Below the pieces are notes generated by a model. The model saw nothing but the letters and a program-made list of their open reading frames with translations, did no database searches and was not told where the DNA came from. A DNA stretch of 64,000 nt from Octopus sinensis (Eukaryota), in contig NC_043000.1 of NCBI RefSeq assembly GCF_006345805.1, positions 2,976,001-3,040,000 on the forward strand, given 5' to 3'. Positions 51,265 through 62,292 of the stretch are shown here, one piece after another (within the stretch, counting starts at the first letter, position 1; every line of letters starts with the position of its first letter). Made by a program: the position numbers and the translations under genes.

Positions 51265-51480
51265 CATACATACATACATACATACATACATACATACACA
51301 TACATACATACATACATACACACACATACATACATACATACATACACATACATACATACATACATACATACATACATACATACATACATACATACATACA
51401 TACATTCACATACATACATTCATGCATACATACATACACATATCTATGAATGCACACACACACACACCACACACACACAC
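50481..51480. repeat. ~1-kb (TACA)n / (CA)n microsatellite
   Basis: Direct reading; source of the HTYI/MYVC ORFs. Confidence 0.97.
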
Positions 51481-51681
51481 ATTAGGATTACTACTTGCTT
51501 GCAATCAGTTTGTGTTGTATTTAATGGTTTCTCAGACCTGTAAGACTTTAAAAGCTTTAAGCAGCTTCCTAACTTACTGAAAGCAAGCGATAAGTTCTGT
51601 TACCTAGGTGACATAATTAATGTTAGCTTAGTGATATCACAGGATTAAAAGTTGGAGGTAGCGAGGAAGGAAGATTTGAGC

Positions 51682-52082
51682 TCTCTTTTACTCTTACTCT
51701 TTTACTTGTTTCAGTCATTTGACTGCGGCTATGCTGGAGCACCGCCTTTAGTCAAGCAAATCGACCCCGGGACTTATTCTTTGTAAGCCCAGTACTTATT
51801 CTATCGGTCTCTTTTGCCGAACCGCTAAGTGACGGGGATGTAAACACACCAGCATCGGTTGTCAGGCAATGCTAGGGGGACAAACACAGACACACATACA
51901 TATATATATATACATATATACAACAGGCTTCTTTCAGTTTCCGTCTACCAAATCCACTCACAAGGCATTGGTCGGCCAGAGGCTATAGCAGAAGACCCTT
52001 GCCCAAGGTGCCATGCTGTAGGACTGAACCTGGAACCATGAGGTTGGGAAGAAACCATCTTACCACACAGCCACTCCTGTGC
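51682..52082 (-). mobile_element. SINE family A, full length
   Basis: Head half is part of the inverted duplication. Confidence 0.93.
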
Positions 52083-52461
52083 CTGTTCACCTAAGGAGCC
52101 TAAGACTGGTTTCCTGGATTTTCTGGTGTATATATTCCTCTTTCAATGGGATGCTGGTCTATCACAGAATTACTCATTTTTACCTGTTGAGTGGACTGGA
52201 GCAACATGAAATGAAGTGTTTTGCTCATGAACACAACGCATTGCCCAGTCCAGGAATTGAAGCCACAATCTTACAGTCATGAGTCCAACACCCTAACCAC
52301 TAAGCCATATGCTTGTTAGTAGCAATACTAAACTTTTGAGAGATCCACTGCTTATTTAGCTTAACCCTTTAGCATTTAAACTGGCTATAGCTAACGAAAA
52401 CATTCTACCTGCTTTATGTTCAACCCAGTCAGATCCAGCTTCTCACACTTACTCTACAATG
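51901..52461 (+). repeat. Inverted segmental duplication, left copy
   Basis: Reverse complement of 56181-56740 including junctions between SINE A, non-repeat DNA, SINE E and MITE P1. Confidence 0.95.
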
Positions 52462-53877
52462 GTCACTTTTCTTCAGAAAGAAGGCGTTTCTCTTGATACA
52501 AGAAATGTATAAGCAGTAAGATGTGATATCCTGTGTATGGAGGTGATGCACAAAAGAATAAGACTAAGCTCTTGATGAATTGCAGTATAACTGGATGATA
52601 TAAATAATGCAGGCTATCTATTTTCATGGGTGAACAGAGGTCAGGGTATAAATCTGATAAAAATAGCAGCTAAATTTCATTTATATCACACCCTGTGATT
52701 TTGCAAATGTGCTTTCCCTAGTGGTTAGGGCGTTGTCTCATGATCGTAAAGTCAATGGTTCAGTTCCTAAATGGGATAACTCTTTGAATCTGTGAACGAA
52801 ATTTTTGGTTTCACAGGCAACTGTAGATTAAAGCACGTAGATTACATGTATGGCTAAGAGGAAGTAATAGATAAAGTGTGTTACCAAGGCAAACTGGAGG
52901 CTGAGCTAATGATAAGATAAGGACTGGCAAACAAATAATGCAAACACTTAGGGAAATCATAGGAAAAGGGGAATTTTTAATTAAGTATCAAGACTTTATG
53001 TTGATATTCATGTGTTTATTAAGGCAGTGATCTGGCAGAATCGTTACTGAGCTTGGCAAAATGCTTAGCTGTATTTCACCTGTCTTCACCTTCTGAGTTC
53101 GAACTCCACCAAGATCAACTTTGCCATTCATCCATTTGGGGACGATAAAGTAAGTACTGAGGTCAATGTCATTGACTAACATCCTCCCCCCAAATTACTG
53201 GCCTTGTGTCAAAATTTGAAACTGATATTTTATGTAGTTATTCCATTTTCTTTTATTTGTTTCAGTCTTGGACTGTGGCCATGCTGTAGCCTCTTAAAGG
53301 GCTCAGCTGAAAGAAATTGATGCCAGTATAATTTTTTAAATTTGGTACTTATTCTATCTGTCTCGTTTGCCAGAACCACTACGTTAATCGGGGATGTAAA
53401 CAAACTGATACCAGCTGTCAAGAAGTAATGGATACACATACACAAACACACTCATTACATGTCAGGCTTCCACACAGTTTCCATCTACCAAATTCACTCA
53501 CAAGGCATTGGTTTGCCTGAAGCTATAGCAGAAGACACTTGCCCAAGATACCATGTCATGGGACTGAACCTGCAACCATACATTACAAAGTGAGCCTCTT
53601 AACCACATGTCCTTGCCTGCACCTATTAAACATTATAATCATCAGTTTTAGACAGGAAAAAGAGCAGCATGCTCACTTGAACCATATATCTATCCATTAC
53701 AACTATATTACTAATTACACTACAGAGTTATCCTCATCCATAATGAAATGCTGAGTCCTAATTGTGAAGGGTACCTACCACTTCCACAGGTACTCTCCAC
53801 AATTTAGAGCTCAGCAGTTCTTTATGGATGAGGACAGCTGCATAAAGAAGTGCCAAGCTCTAATTGTGGAAGGTGCC

Positions 53878-54098
53878 TATTTCTTTACTACCCACAAGGG
53901 GCTAAACACAGAGAGGACAAACAAATGGATTAAGTGATTATATCAACCCCAGTGCATAACTGGTACTTATTTAATCAACTCTGAAAGGACGAAAGGCAAA
54001 GTCAACCTTGGCGGAATTTGAACTCACAACGTAACGGCAGACGAAATACGGCTACGCATTTCGCCCAGCATGCTAACCACTCTGCCAGCTCGCCGCCT
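53878..54098 (-). mobile_element. SINE family B in RTE ORF
   Basis: Near-TSD aattgtggaaggt(g/a)cct on both sides. Confidence 0.92.
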
Positions 54099-54477
54099 TA
54101 AAATTGTGGAAGGTACCTGTGGAAGGGGTAGACCCAGAAAGACGTGGGATGGAGTGGCGAGAAAAGATCTTCAGATGCTGGGCCTCACTGAGGAAATGAC
54201 ACGGGACCAGGAGATGTGGCAATTTGCTGTACAAGTCAAGCTAAGTAAGATTGCTGTCTTCCACACATACCAGGTTTGTCCTTTTAGGTACTGGGGCCAC
54301 TTAAAAAGCATTTGTGCTGGTGCTGCATTAACGCACCCATGCTGGTGGCATGTAAAAAGCACCCAGCACACTCTGTTAAGTGGTTGGCATTAGGAAGGGC
54401 ATCCAGCCATAGAAACCATGCCACAACAGAGAGTTGGAGTCCAGACAGCTCCCTGCTAGCCAACTCCATGTCATACC

Positions 54478-54704
54478 TATTTCTTTACTACCCACAAGGG
54501 GCTAAACACAGAGGAGACAGACAAGGACAGACAAAGGGATTAAGTCAATTACATCGACCCCAGCGCGTAACTGGTACTTAATTTACTGACCCCGAAAGGA
54601 TGAAAGGCAAAGTCGACCTCGGCGGAATTTGAACTCAGAACATAACAGCAGACGAAATACCGCTAAGCATTTCACCTGGCGTGCTAACGATTCTGCCAGC
54701 TCAC
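54478..54704 (-). mobile_element. SINE family B in RTE 3'UTR
   Basis: 14-bp TSD ctccatgtcatacc at 54464-54477 and 54705-54718. Confidence 0.95.
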
Positions 54705-55148
54705 CTCCATGTCATACCATCCAACTCATTCTAGCATGGAAAACAGACGTTAAATGACGATGAGGATGAGGATGATACCAAGACCCTGTTATGAAGTCTT
54801 CTCTAATTAAGTACTATGACATTTCCCTGCTATTTAACTGTGTCTATTTCATTTCCTTAAGTATCTCATTTATTCCACAGACAGTTTATCAGCCACTTAG
54901 TTCAAAAAAGATATGCTGTTCTTTTAATGTCTGATATAAGCATGGGCATGGCTGAATGGTAATGAAGTTCACTTTGTTACCTTATGGCTTTGAGTTCTAT
55001 TCCTTTGCACAGCATCTTGGGCAAGTCTTTCTTCTATAGCTTGTGTTGACTTATAGCTTGCTTATGAAGTGGTAAATAGAAACTGTATGAAGGTCTAGCA
55101 CATGTGTGTGTGTGTGTGTGTGTGTGTGCATTATTTTTTAATAACACA

Positions 55149-55537
55149 TGCAGGAATGGCTGTGTGGTAAGAAGTTTGCTTCCCGACTACATAGTTGCAG
55201 GTTCAGTCCCACTGCATAGCACCATGGACAAATGTATTCTACTATAGCCTTGGGCTGGCCAAATCCTTGTAAGTGGATTTGAAAGATGGAAACTGAAAGA
55301 AGCCCATCATATATGTATATATTTATGCGTATCTTTGTGTTTGTCCTCCACCACCACTTGACAACTGGTGTTGGTGTGTTTACCTCCCCATGACTTGGCA
55401 GTTCAGCAAAAGATGCTGACAGGTTAAGTACCAGGTTTAGAAAAATCTGCTGGGGTCAATTCATTTGACTAAAAGTTCCTCAAGGTGGTGCCCCAGTATG
55501 GCCACAGTCTAATTACTGAAACAAGTAAAAAAATAAA
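55149..55537 (+). mobile_element. SINE family A, diverged
   Basis: Head and tail recognisable. Confidence 0.85.
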
Positions 55538-55740
55538 GGTAACAGTTTGATTTGAGCCCATGCAGCTTACAGTTTTGGTGGCTCCTCCATTGAACCCAAC
55601 TCATCAGGCCCTGTAGCAGCCATAGCTAAGGTTAACTTGAACCCATTAGCATTCCGGTCACTCTGTGGAAAATATTACTTAAAATAGAAAATTACTATTT
55701 GCAAATCTCTCAATGAGAGATATTCTGCAACAGTACTTTA

Positions 55741-56085
55741 GAGTAAACATCATTTGCCAATATAACATGGCAGTCCTGGTTTAGGATGAATGTTGCTGTA
55801 ATTTAGCCCCAGGAGACATCATCTCCAGCTGGCTATATGACATGATCTGTGTCCTTATATTTTTGAACAAGGGCACCTAGCATTGAACAAGGGCACCTAG
55901 CATCGAACAAGGGCACCTAGCATTGAACAAGGGCATCTGGGGATGCTAGATGCTGTTGTTTGAAAATATAAAGTCACAGATCGTGTCATATTGCCAGTTG
56001 GAGACGATGTCTCCTGGGGCTAAATTACAGCAACATTCGTCCTAAACCAGGACTGCCATGTTATGTTGGCAAATAATCTTTACTC
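55741..56085. mobile_element. Foldback/MITE with ~125-bp inverted arms and internal 20-bp tandem array
   Basis: Arms gagtaaa.at.atttgccaa.ataacatggcagtcctggtttagga...; centre (tgaacaagggcacctagcat) x~3.7 from 55864. Confidence 0.88.
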
Positions 56086-56180
56086 AAGTAAGACTTAGTT
56101 ATTCCCTTTGACTTAAACTAATCATGCATTATTTTGTAACTTCAGAATTTCAATGATGTGTTTGTTTGCTTTTAGAATGA

Positions 56181-56740
56181 CATTGTAGAGTGAGTGTGAG
56201 AAGCTGGATCTGACTGGGTTGAACATAAAGCAGGTAGAATGTTTTCGTTAGCTATAGCCAGTTTAAATGCTAAAGGGTTAAGCTAAATAAGCAGTGGATC
56301 TCTCAAAAGTTTAGTATTGCTACTAACAAGCATATGGCTTAGTGGTTAGGGTGTTGGACTCATGACTGTAAGATTGTGGCTTCAATTCCTGGACTGGGCA
56401 ATGCGTTGTGTTCATGAGCAAAACACTTCATTTCATGTTGCTCCAGTCCACTCAACAGGTAAAAATGAGTAATTCTGTGATGGACCAGCATCCCATTGAA
56501 AGAGGAATATATACACCAGAAAATCCAGGAAACCAGTCTTAGGCTCCTTAGGTGAACAGCACAGGAGTGGCTGTGTGGTAAGATGGTTGCTTACCAGCCT
56601 CATGGTTCCAGGTTCAGTCCTACAGCATGGCACCTTGGGCAAGGGTCTTCTGCTATAGCCTCTGGCCGACCAAAGCCGTGTGAGTGGATTTGGTAGACGG
56701 AAACTGAAAGAAGCTCGTCGTATATATGTATATATATATA
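56181..56740 (-). repeat. Inverted segmental duplication, right copy
   Basis: See 51901-52461. Confidence 0.95.
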
Positions 56741-57059
56741 TATATATAGCAGCAAAATTAAGGAACGGCCATAATAGGTCGTTCAACCCACTAGAAATAG
56801 CAGCTAAGGCTTCAACCGCAAAAAAGTATTAATTCCGTAAACAAGGAGAAAATTTAAAAAACATTTACCCTGTTATACGGAATTAATACTTTTTTGCGGT
56901 TGAAGCCTTAGCTGCTATTTCTAGTGGGTTGAACGGCCTATTATGGCCGTTCCTTAATTTTGCTGTTGAATTTATTAATAGTTTTTGACTATTTCCTTTT
57001 TCCCACTAGACCGCTGGTGGCAAATAATTTCTGCTGAATTTTTTGCTACCCTATATTGA

Positions 57060-57097
<38 letters not shown>

Positions 57098-57282
57098 TTG
57101 TGTGTTTGTGTGTGTTTGTCCCCCCACCATCAGTTGACACCTGATGTTGGTACAAAAGAGACCAATAGAATAAGTACGAGGCTCACAAAGAATAAGTCTT
57201 GGAGTCGATTTGTTCGAGTAAAGGCAGCGCTCCAGCATGGCCACAGTCAATGACTGAAACAAGTAGAAGAATAAAAGAATAA
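56539..57282 (+). mobile_element. SINE family A split at its (TA)n core by a ~315-bp insert
   Basis: Head 56539-56740, tail half ~57063-57282. Confidence 0.85.
56750..56965. repeat. Near-perfect 90-bp inverted repeat (216-bp hairpin)
   Basis: 56750-56839 vs 56876-56965, one mismatch by eye, 36-bp spacer. Confidence 0.95.
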
Positions 57283-57419
57283 CCACTAAGAAGCACAGTG
57301 GAAATAATACCTGTAAACACATAGTATACGCAATGCTATCTGTGACTGCACAGTGAACTAGATTGGTAGCCATGGGAATTTCAATGGAAAATTGTGGGTG
57401 TACTTATATGTAATGAATC

Positions 57420-57850
57420 AAAATTGAACCAAGTCCTATGACTGGCACCTGGCCATTGCCAGTGCTGCTGGACTGACTCCTGTGCAGGTGGCAAGAAAAG
57501 AGACACCGTTTGGACCCTGTACTTGAGGAGACCTATTGAGTCAAGTACATCAACATCAAAAATCAATGGAAATTGTAGTTGTGATCCCTGTGCCGGTGGC
57601 ACGTGAAAAGCACCAACCAATCATGGCTGTTGCTAGCCTCACCTGGCACTTGTGCCGGTGGCACATAAAAAGCACCCACTACATTCATGGAATGGTTGGC
57701 ATTAGGAAGGGCATCCAGCTGTAGAAACTCTGCCAGATCAGATTGGAACCTGGTGCAGCCTTCTGGCTTCCCAGACCCTGGTCAAACCGTCCAACTCATG
57801 CTAGCATGGAAAACGGATGTTAAACGATGATGATGATGATGATGATGATG
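57420..57850 (+). mobile_element. Family C retroposon, 3 internal units
   Basis: Units at ~57482, 57595, 57657; (GAT)n tail. Confidence 0.85.
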
Positions 57851-58253
57851 AATATTTGTCTAACACCTTGTTTTTTGCTCAGAACACCCTGCAGTGGGAT
57901 GGAACTCAAAACCTCATGGTTGTGAGTAAACTTCATAACCACACAACCATGCTTGTGTGTCTAATATTTAACAAAACCAATGTAAGGAAAAGCATGGTTG
58001 CAAAGAATATTGAAAGTTAAGGGGATAGTCTTGTGTTTCTATCTTTCTTTTTTTCTTCTTTTTTCTCTTTTTTTTTTTTGTAGTTATCAGCTGCCAATAG
58101 AATCCAAGAAAGTGAGTTGGATGATAAAAAAGAAAAAAAAGAAATATTTTAATCATTGATACGATGTGCAGTCATCTATTTAATGAAATACCGCTAACTA
58201 AAGAGCTAAAATGGAAATACACACTGGGAATAAATTCTAAAGCCCATTTATGT

Positions 58254-58288
<35 letters not shown>

Positions 58289-58946
58289 TACATATGTGTG
58301 TATGAAGGAAAAAATCTTTGCTGCGGCAATTGTAAAGTTTCTGATTTATATAACCAACTTGTCTGGAAATTTCTTTTGTACAGCAGCAATGGAGGAATTG
58401 CTAAGTATGGTGTTAGTGTAGAGCTTTTGATATATTCCTGGTCTTTTACAAGCTAAATTGCTTAAATAAATTGTTATTTTATGACTCTGGATATTCACTG
58501 ACACTTGGTGTGTAAAGAACTGACAGATTCAAAGGTGAGAGGAAATAAATAGAGATACATGTATCTGACATTCCAAGAGAAATGGTCCAATGCTGCCGCA
58601 GCTGTTTTAGGAGACAATAAAGAAAATATTCTGAAGTTGAATAAAGACCGGGAGAAGGAAGAGAGGAAAGAAGAGAGACTTGTATGGATGACTAAAGCTT
58701 AAGAAACCCCTAGCTGCATTCATTTGCATAAATGACCAGAGTCTGAATGGAGCTGGATTTTTGTGACAGAAAAAAATAAAAATTAATTGCCGAAATGTTA
58801 ATGTCACATGACAATGGCTAACGGGGGGGGGGGGAACTAGTCAGTTGGAACAAAGATGAGCAAAGTTAATGGTAAACTGGACTGTTGTCATCAGATTGAT
58901 TACCCAAATTCATCACATCTAAAGAAGACTATACTCTTCTACAGTG

Positions 58947-59325
58947 AAGGCGCAATGGCCCAGTGGTTAGGGCAGCAGACTTGCGGTCGTAGGATCGCGG
59001 TTTCGATTCCCAGACCGGGCGTTGTGAGTGTTTATTGAGCGAAAACACCTAAAGCTCCACGAGGCTCCGGCAGGGGATGGTGGTGATCCCTGCTGTACTC
59101 TTTCACCACAACTTTCTCTCACTCTTACTTCTTGTTTCTGTTGTACCTGTATTTCAAAGGGCCGGCCTTGTCACTCTCTGTGTCACGCTGAATATCCCCG
59201 AGAACTACGTTAAGGGTACACATGTCTGTGGAGTGCTCAGCCACTTACACGTTAATTTCACGAGCAGGCTGTTCCGTTGATCGGATCAACCAGAACCCTC
59301 GTCGTCGGAACCGACGGAGTGCTTC
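58947..59325 (+). mobile_element. SINE family D head + tail Y, CpG-rich
   Basis: ggcgcaatggcccagtggttagggc... then tacctgtatttcaaagggccggccttgtc...gtcgtcggaaccgacggagtgc. Confidence 0.88.
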
Positions 59326-59602
59326 CCACTCTTCTACAGAAGAAAACTGTATATTTGAATATATATGCTTGATTGCATATATTTGTTGTGTGTGTATCAC
59401 GAGTGTCATTTTAGCGTCCACTTCTCTATACTCACATGAGCCAGATGGAATTTGTTGAGGCAGATTTTCTACAGCCAAATGCTCTTCCTGTCACCAACCC
59501 TCACCTCTTTTCTAAGTAAGGTAATATTTTTCTCCATGACCAGGCATGTTTTCATGGCAGATTGGAAATGAAGAACCCTGCTTGCATAATGGTGACACTT
59601 TC

Positions 59603-59995
59603 TTTTATTCTTTTTTTTTTGTTTCAGTCGTTTGACTGTGGTCATGCTGGAGCACCGCCTTTAGTCGAGCAAATTGACCCTAGGACTTATTCTTTGTATT
59701 CTATCGGTCTCTCTTGCCGAAGCGCTAAGTGACGGGGACGTAAACACACTAGCATTGGTTGTCAAGCGATGTTGGGGGGACAAACACAGACACACAAACA
59801 TATACATACACACACACACATATACGACGGGTTTCTTTCAGTTTCCATCTACCATATCCACTCACAAGACTTTGGTTGGCCCGAGGCTATAGTAGAAGAC
59901 GTTTGCCCAAAGTGCCACACAATGGGGCTGAATCCGGAACCATGTGGTCGATAAGCAAGCTACTTACCACACAGCCACTCCTGTGCCTACAACCA
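59603..59995 (-). mobile_element. SINE family A
   Basis: Family A on the minus strand. Confidence 0.92.
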
Positions 59996-60100
59996 CTCCT
60001 GCAACCATCACACAGTGTTAAGGCATGGAGACAGTAACACCCACATATACAGTTACAGGCATTCATATATAAGAAAAGAAACAAATAATGGGCATTATGC

Positions 60101-60519
60101 TCTCTTTTACTCTTTTACTCTTTTACTTGTTTCAGTCATTTTAATGCGGCCATGCTGGAGCACCGCCTTTAGTCGAGCAAATCGTATTCAGAGATAAAGA
60201 CACGATTGTAAGCCCATACTTATTCTATCGGTCTCTTTTTGCCGAACCACTAAGTGACGGGGACGTAAGCACACCAGCATCGGTTGTCAAGCAATGCTAG
60301 GGGAACAAACACAGACACACAAACACACACACATACATATATATATATACATATATACGACAGGCTTCTTTCAGTTTCCGTCTACCAAATCCACTCACAA
60401 GGCATTGGTCGGCCCGGGGCTATAGCATAAGACACTTGCCCAAGATGCCACGCAGTGGGACTGAACCTGGAACCATGTGGTTGGTTAGCAAGCTACTTAC
60501 CACACAGCCACTCCTGCGC
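60101..60519 (-). mobile_element. SINE family A
   Basis: Family A on the minus strand. Confidence 0.92.
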
Positions 60520-61000
60520 CTTTATTTTATTTGTGCAATGTAGACTTACACCTATTTCTGACACACATTTTGGGTGTGTTCATGAGTCAGTTTACTCAAT
60601 TGTTTTTTTTGATCGATTGAAAATAGTGAATGACTATTAAAAATGCTATCATCTTTAGAGCTCAGCTTCTTCAGTGTATATATATATATCACAACTTTTT
60701 TTACTATTCTTCTCTGGTTTATCCTTTTCTCTTAAAGCCTGTAAAACCTATTACACCTACCTACTTATGAATTTTAGCATTGCATACAATTAAAGCAGTA
60801 CCCACAGAAACCAGTTGTATATTTCAGGGTTTATGTAGGGTTAGTGAATCTAAAACCTTACATGGTATAATTTATTTTAATCATTGACAGCTAAATCTAA
60901 CTTTTAATGTTAAAAGTCCTATATGAATTCCAGTACATCTCATTTTAAATAATACAGTATATATGTGAGTAAAAACTGTCAGTGAATACATATAAATATA

Positions 61001-61260
61001 TATAATATTCTCCCAAAGAGTCTGAGGAACTTGCACAAAGTAGATATAGCGGTTTTTAAATCAAAGCTGGACATCTTCCTGTCAAGAGTCCCAGATGAAC
61101 CTACCTCACGGCAAGAGGTGCAAATGAGAGTAGCTGTATCAAACTCCATTCTTCACCAAGTGCCACATATTAGACGAGGTTCATCGTAATAACAGTGTAG
61201 CACAAAACGGTGGTGTATCAGCATGGCCGCAGCTCTGAGCTGAAACTAGAAAAAAAAAAT
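61001..61260 (+). mobile_element. CR1/L2-group LINE 3' end (second copy)
   Basis: Frame 61001-61189: YNILPKSLRNLHKVDIAVFKSKLDIFLSRVPDEPTSRQEVQMRVAVSNSILHQ...*; 3'UTR ...cagcatggccgcagctctgagctgaaactag(A)n. Confidence 0.88.
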
Positions 61261-61607
61261 ATATATATATCATCAATATCATCATCATCATCATCATTGT
61301 CCTCATCTTTTAACGTCCAATGATGTGTGATGTCTTTCCCAGGAACATGACATAACTTCCATATGCAGTTTCACCTTGAGATTACAAGGGCATCACTGTC
61401 TCTCTTGTTCACCAGGTACTTTGCGGCAATCTCCTGTTCCTGGACTGCAAACGCATAGCCTTCAAAGTGTGATGTGATGTAGTGGTCTTGTGTCCAAAAG
61501 AGGCTGTGCTTCGTGTCAGTTCTATTGTCCTATTCAAGCTTCCTGGCAAGATACCCATGCATAGTCTTTTTTTGTATGTATGTAACTACGTACATATATA
61601 TGTATGA

Positions 61608-61649
<42 letters not shown>

Positions 61650-62237
61650 TAAAAATATATAAATGGTTTAGATTTATATAATGTAAACTTACGTAATTCA
61701 TTTAATTGTATGATCTCTGACAGGAAAAAGAAACTGAATACATCAACCTATGAAAGTCAAGCTCCATAGCTATTGTATACTGAATGATTTTGTGACTGAA
61801 GATTAGCTCAAAGTGTCTCTGAACAACTTGATAAACTAATAGTGTTTACCTTTCTTTCTATCACAAAAGGATTGCAAATATTTTTATAGTTCTTCAGAAA
61901 AGGCTTTCTGTTACTGTCTAGCACATTCCAGTTTCACAATGAAACTCATTGTGTGTGTGTGTGCATGTGCGTGTATATATGTGTATGTGTGTGTGTGTGT
62001 GTGAATATGAAGATAATAAATTGGTGAAATTGTTAGAACATCAGATAGAACATCTTGCTGTATCTGTTCTGGATCTCTATTCTATAAGTTCAAATCTCAT
62101 GGAGGACAACCTTGCCTTTTATCCTTTTGAAATTGGTAAATCAACAGCCAAGTGTTGATTCTTCTCCCTCCCTTTCTCTCTCTCTCCTCTCTCTCTCCTT
62201 CTCTCTCTCCCTCTCCCATCCTATCTCTCTCTTTGGA

Positions 62238-62292
<55 letters not shown>

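Larger units (their letters stand above)
53824..54777 (+). mobile_element. RTE LINE 3' end (coding + 3'UTR), split by two SINE B copies
   Basis: MDEDSCIKKCQALIVEG|TCGRGRPRKTWDGVARKDLQMLGLTEEMTRDQEMW; 3'UTR holds one ggtggcatgtaaaaagcacc unit and the family C tail. Confidence 0.88.

Noticed and set aside
50449-51580. 364- and 375-aa ORFs (HTYI repeats) and similar YI/CV/MYVC ORFs elsewhere
   Set aside because: Stop-free translations of (TACA)n, (TA)n and (TG)n microsatellites; no coding signal
58384-58404. 18/21-nt micro-exon (NAGNAG acceptor, GTATGG donor) and nearby ATTTGCAT octamer at ~58722
   Set aside because: Short motifs expected by chance; no independent support
58947-59020. tRNA gene calls for SINE D/E/A/B heads
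   Set aside because: A/B boxes and D-stem are present but anticodon and acceptor stems do not close, and each head runs into a SINE body
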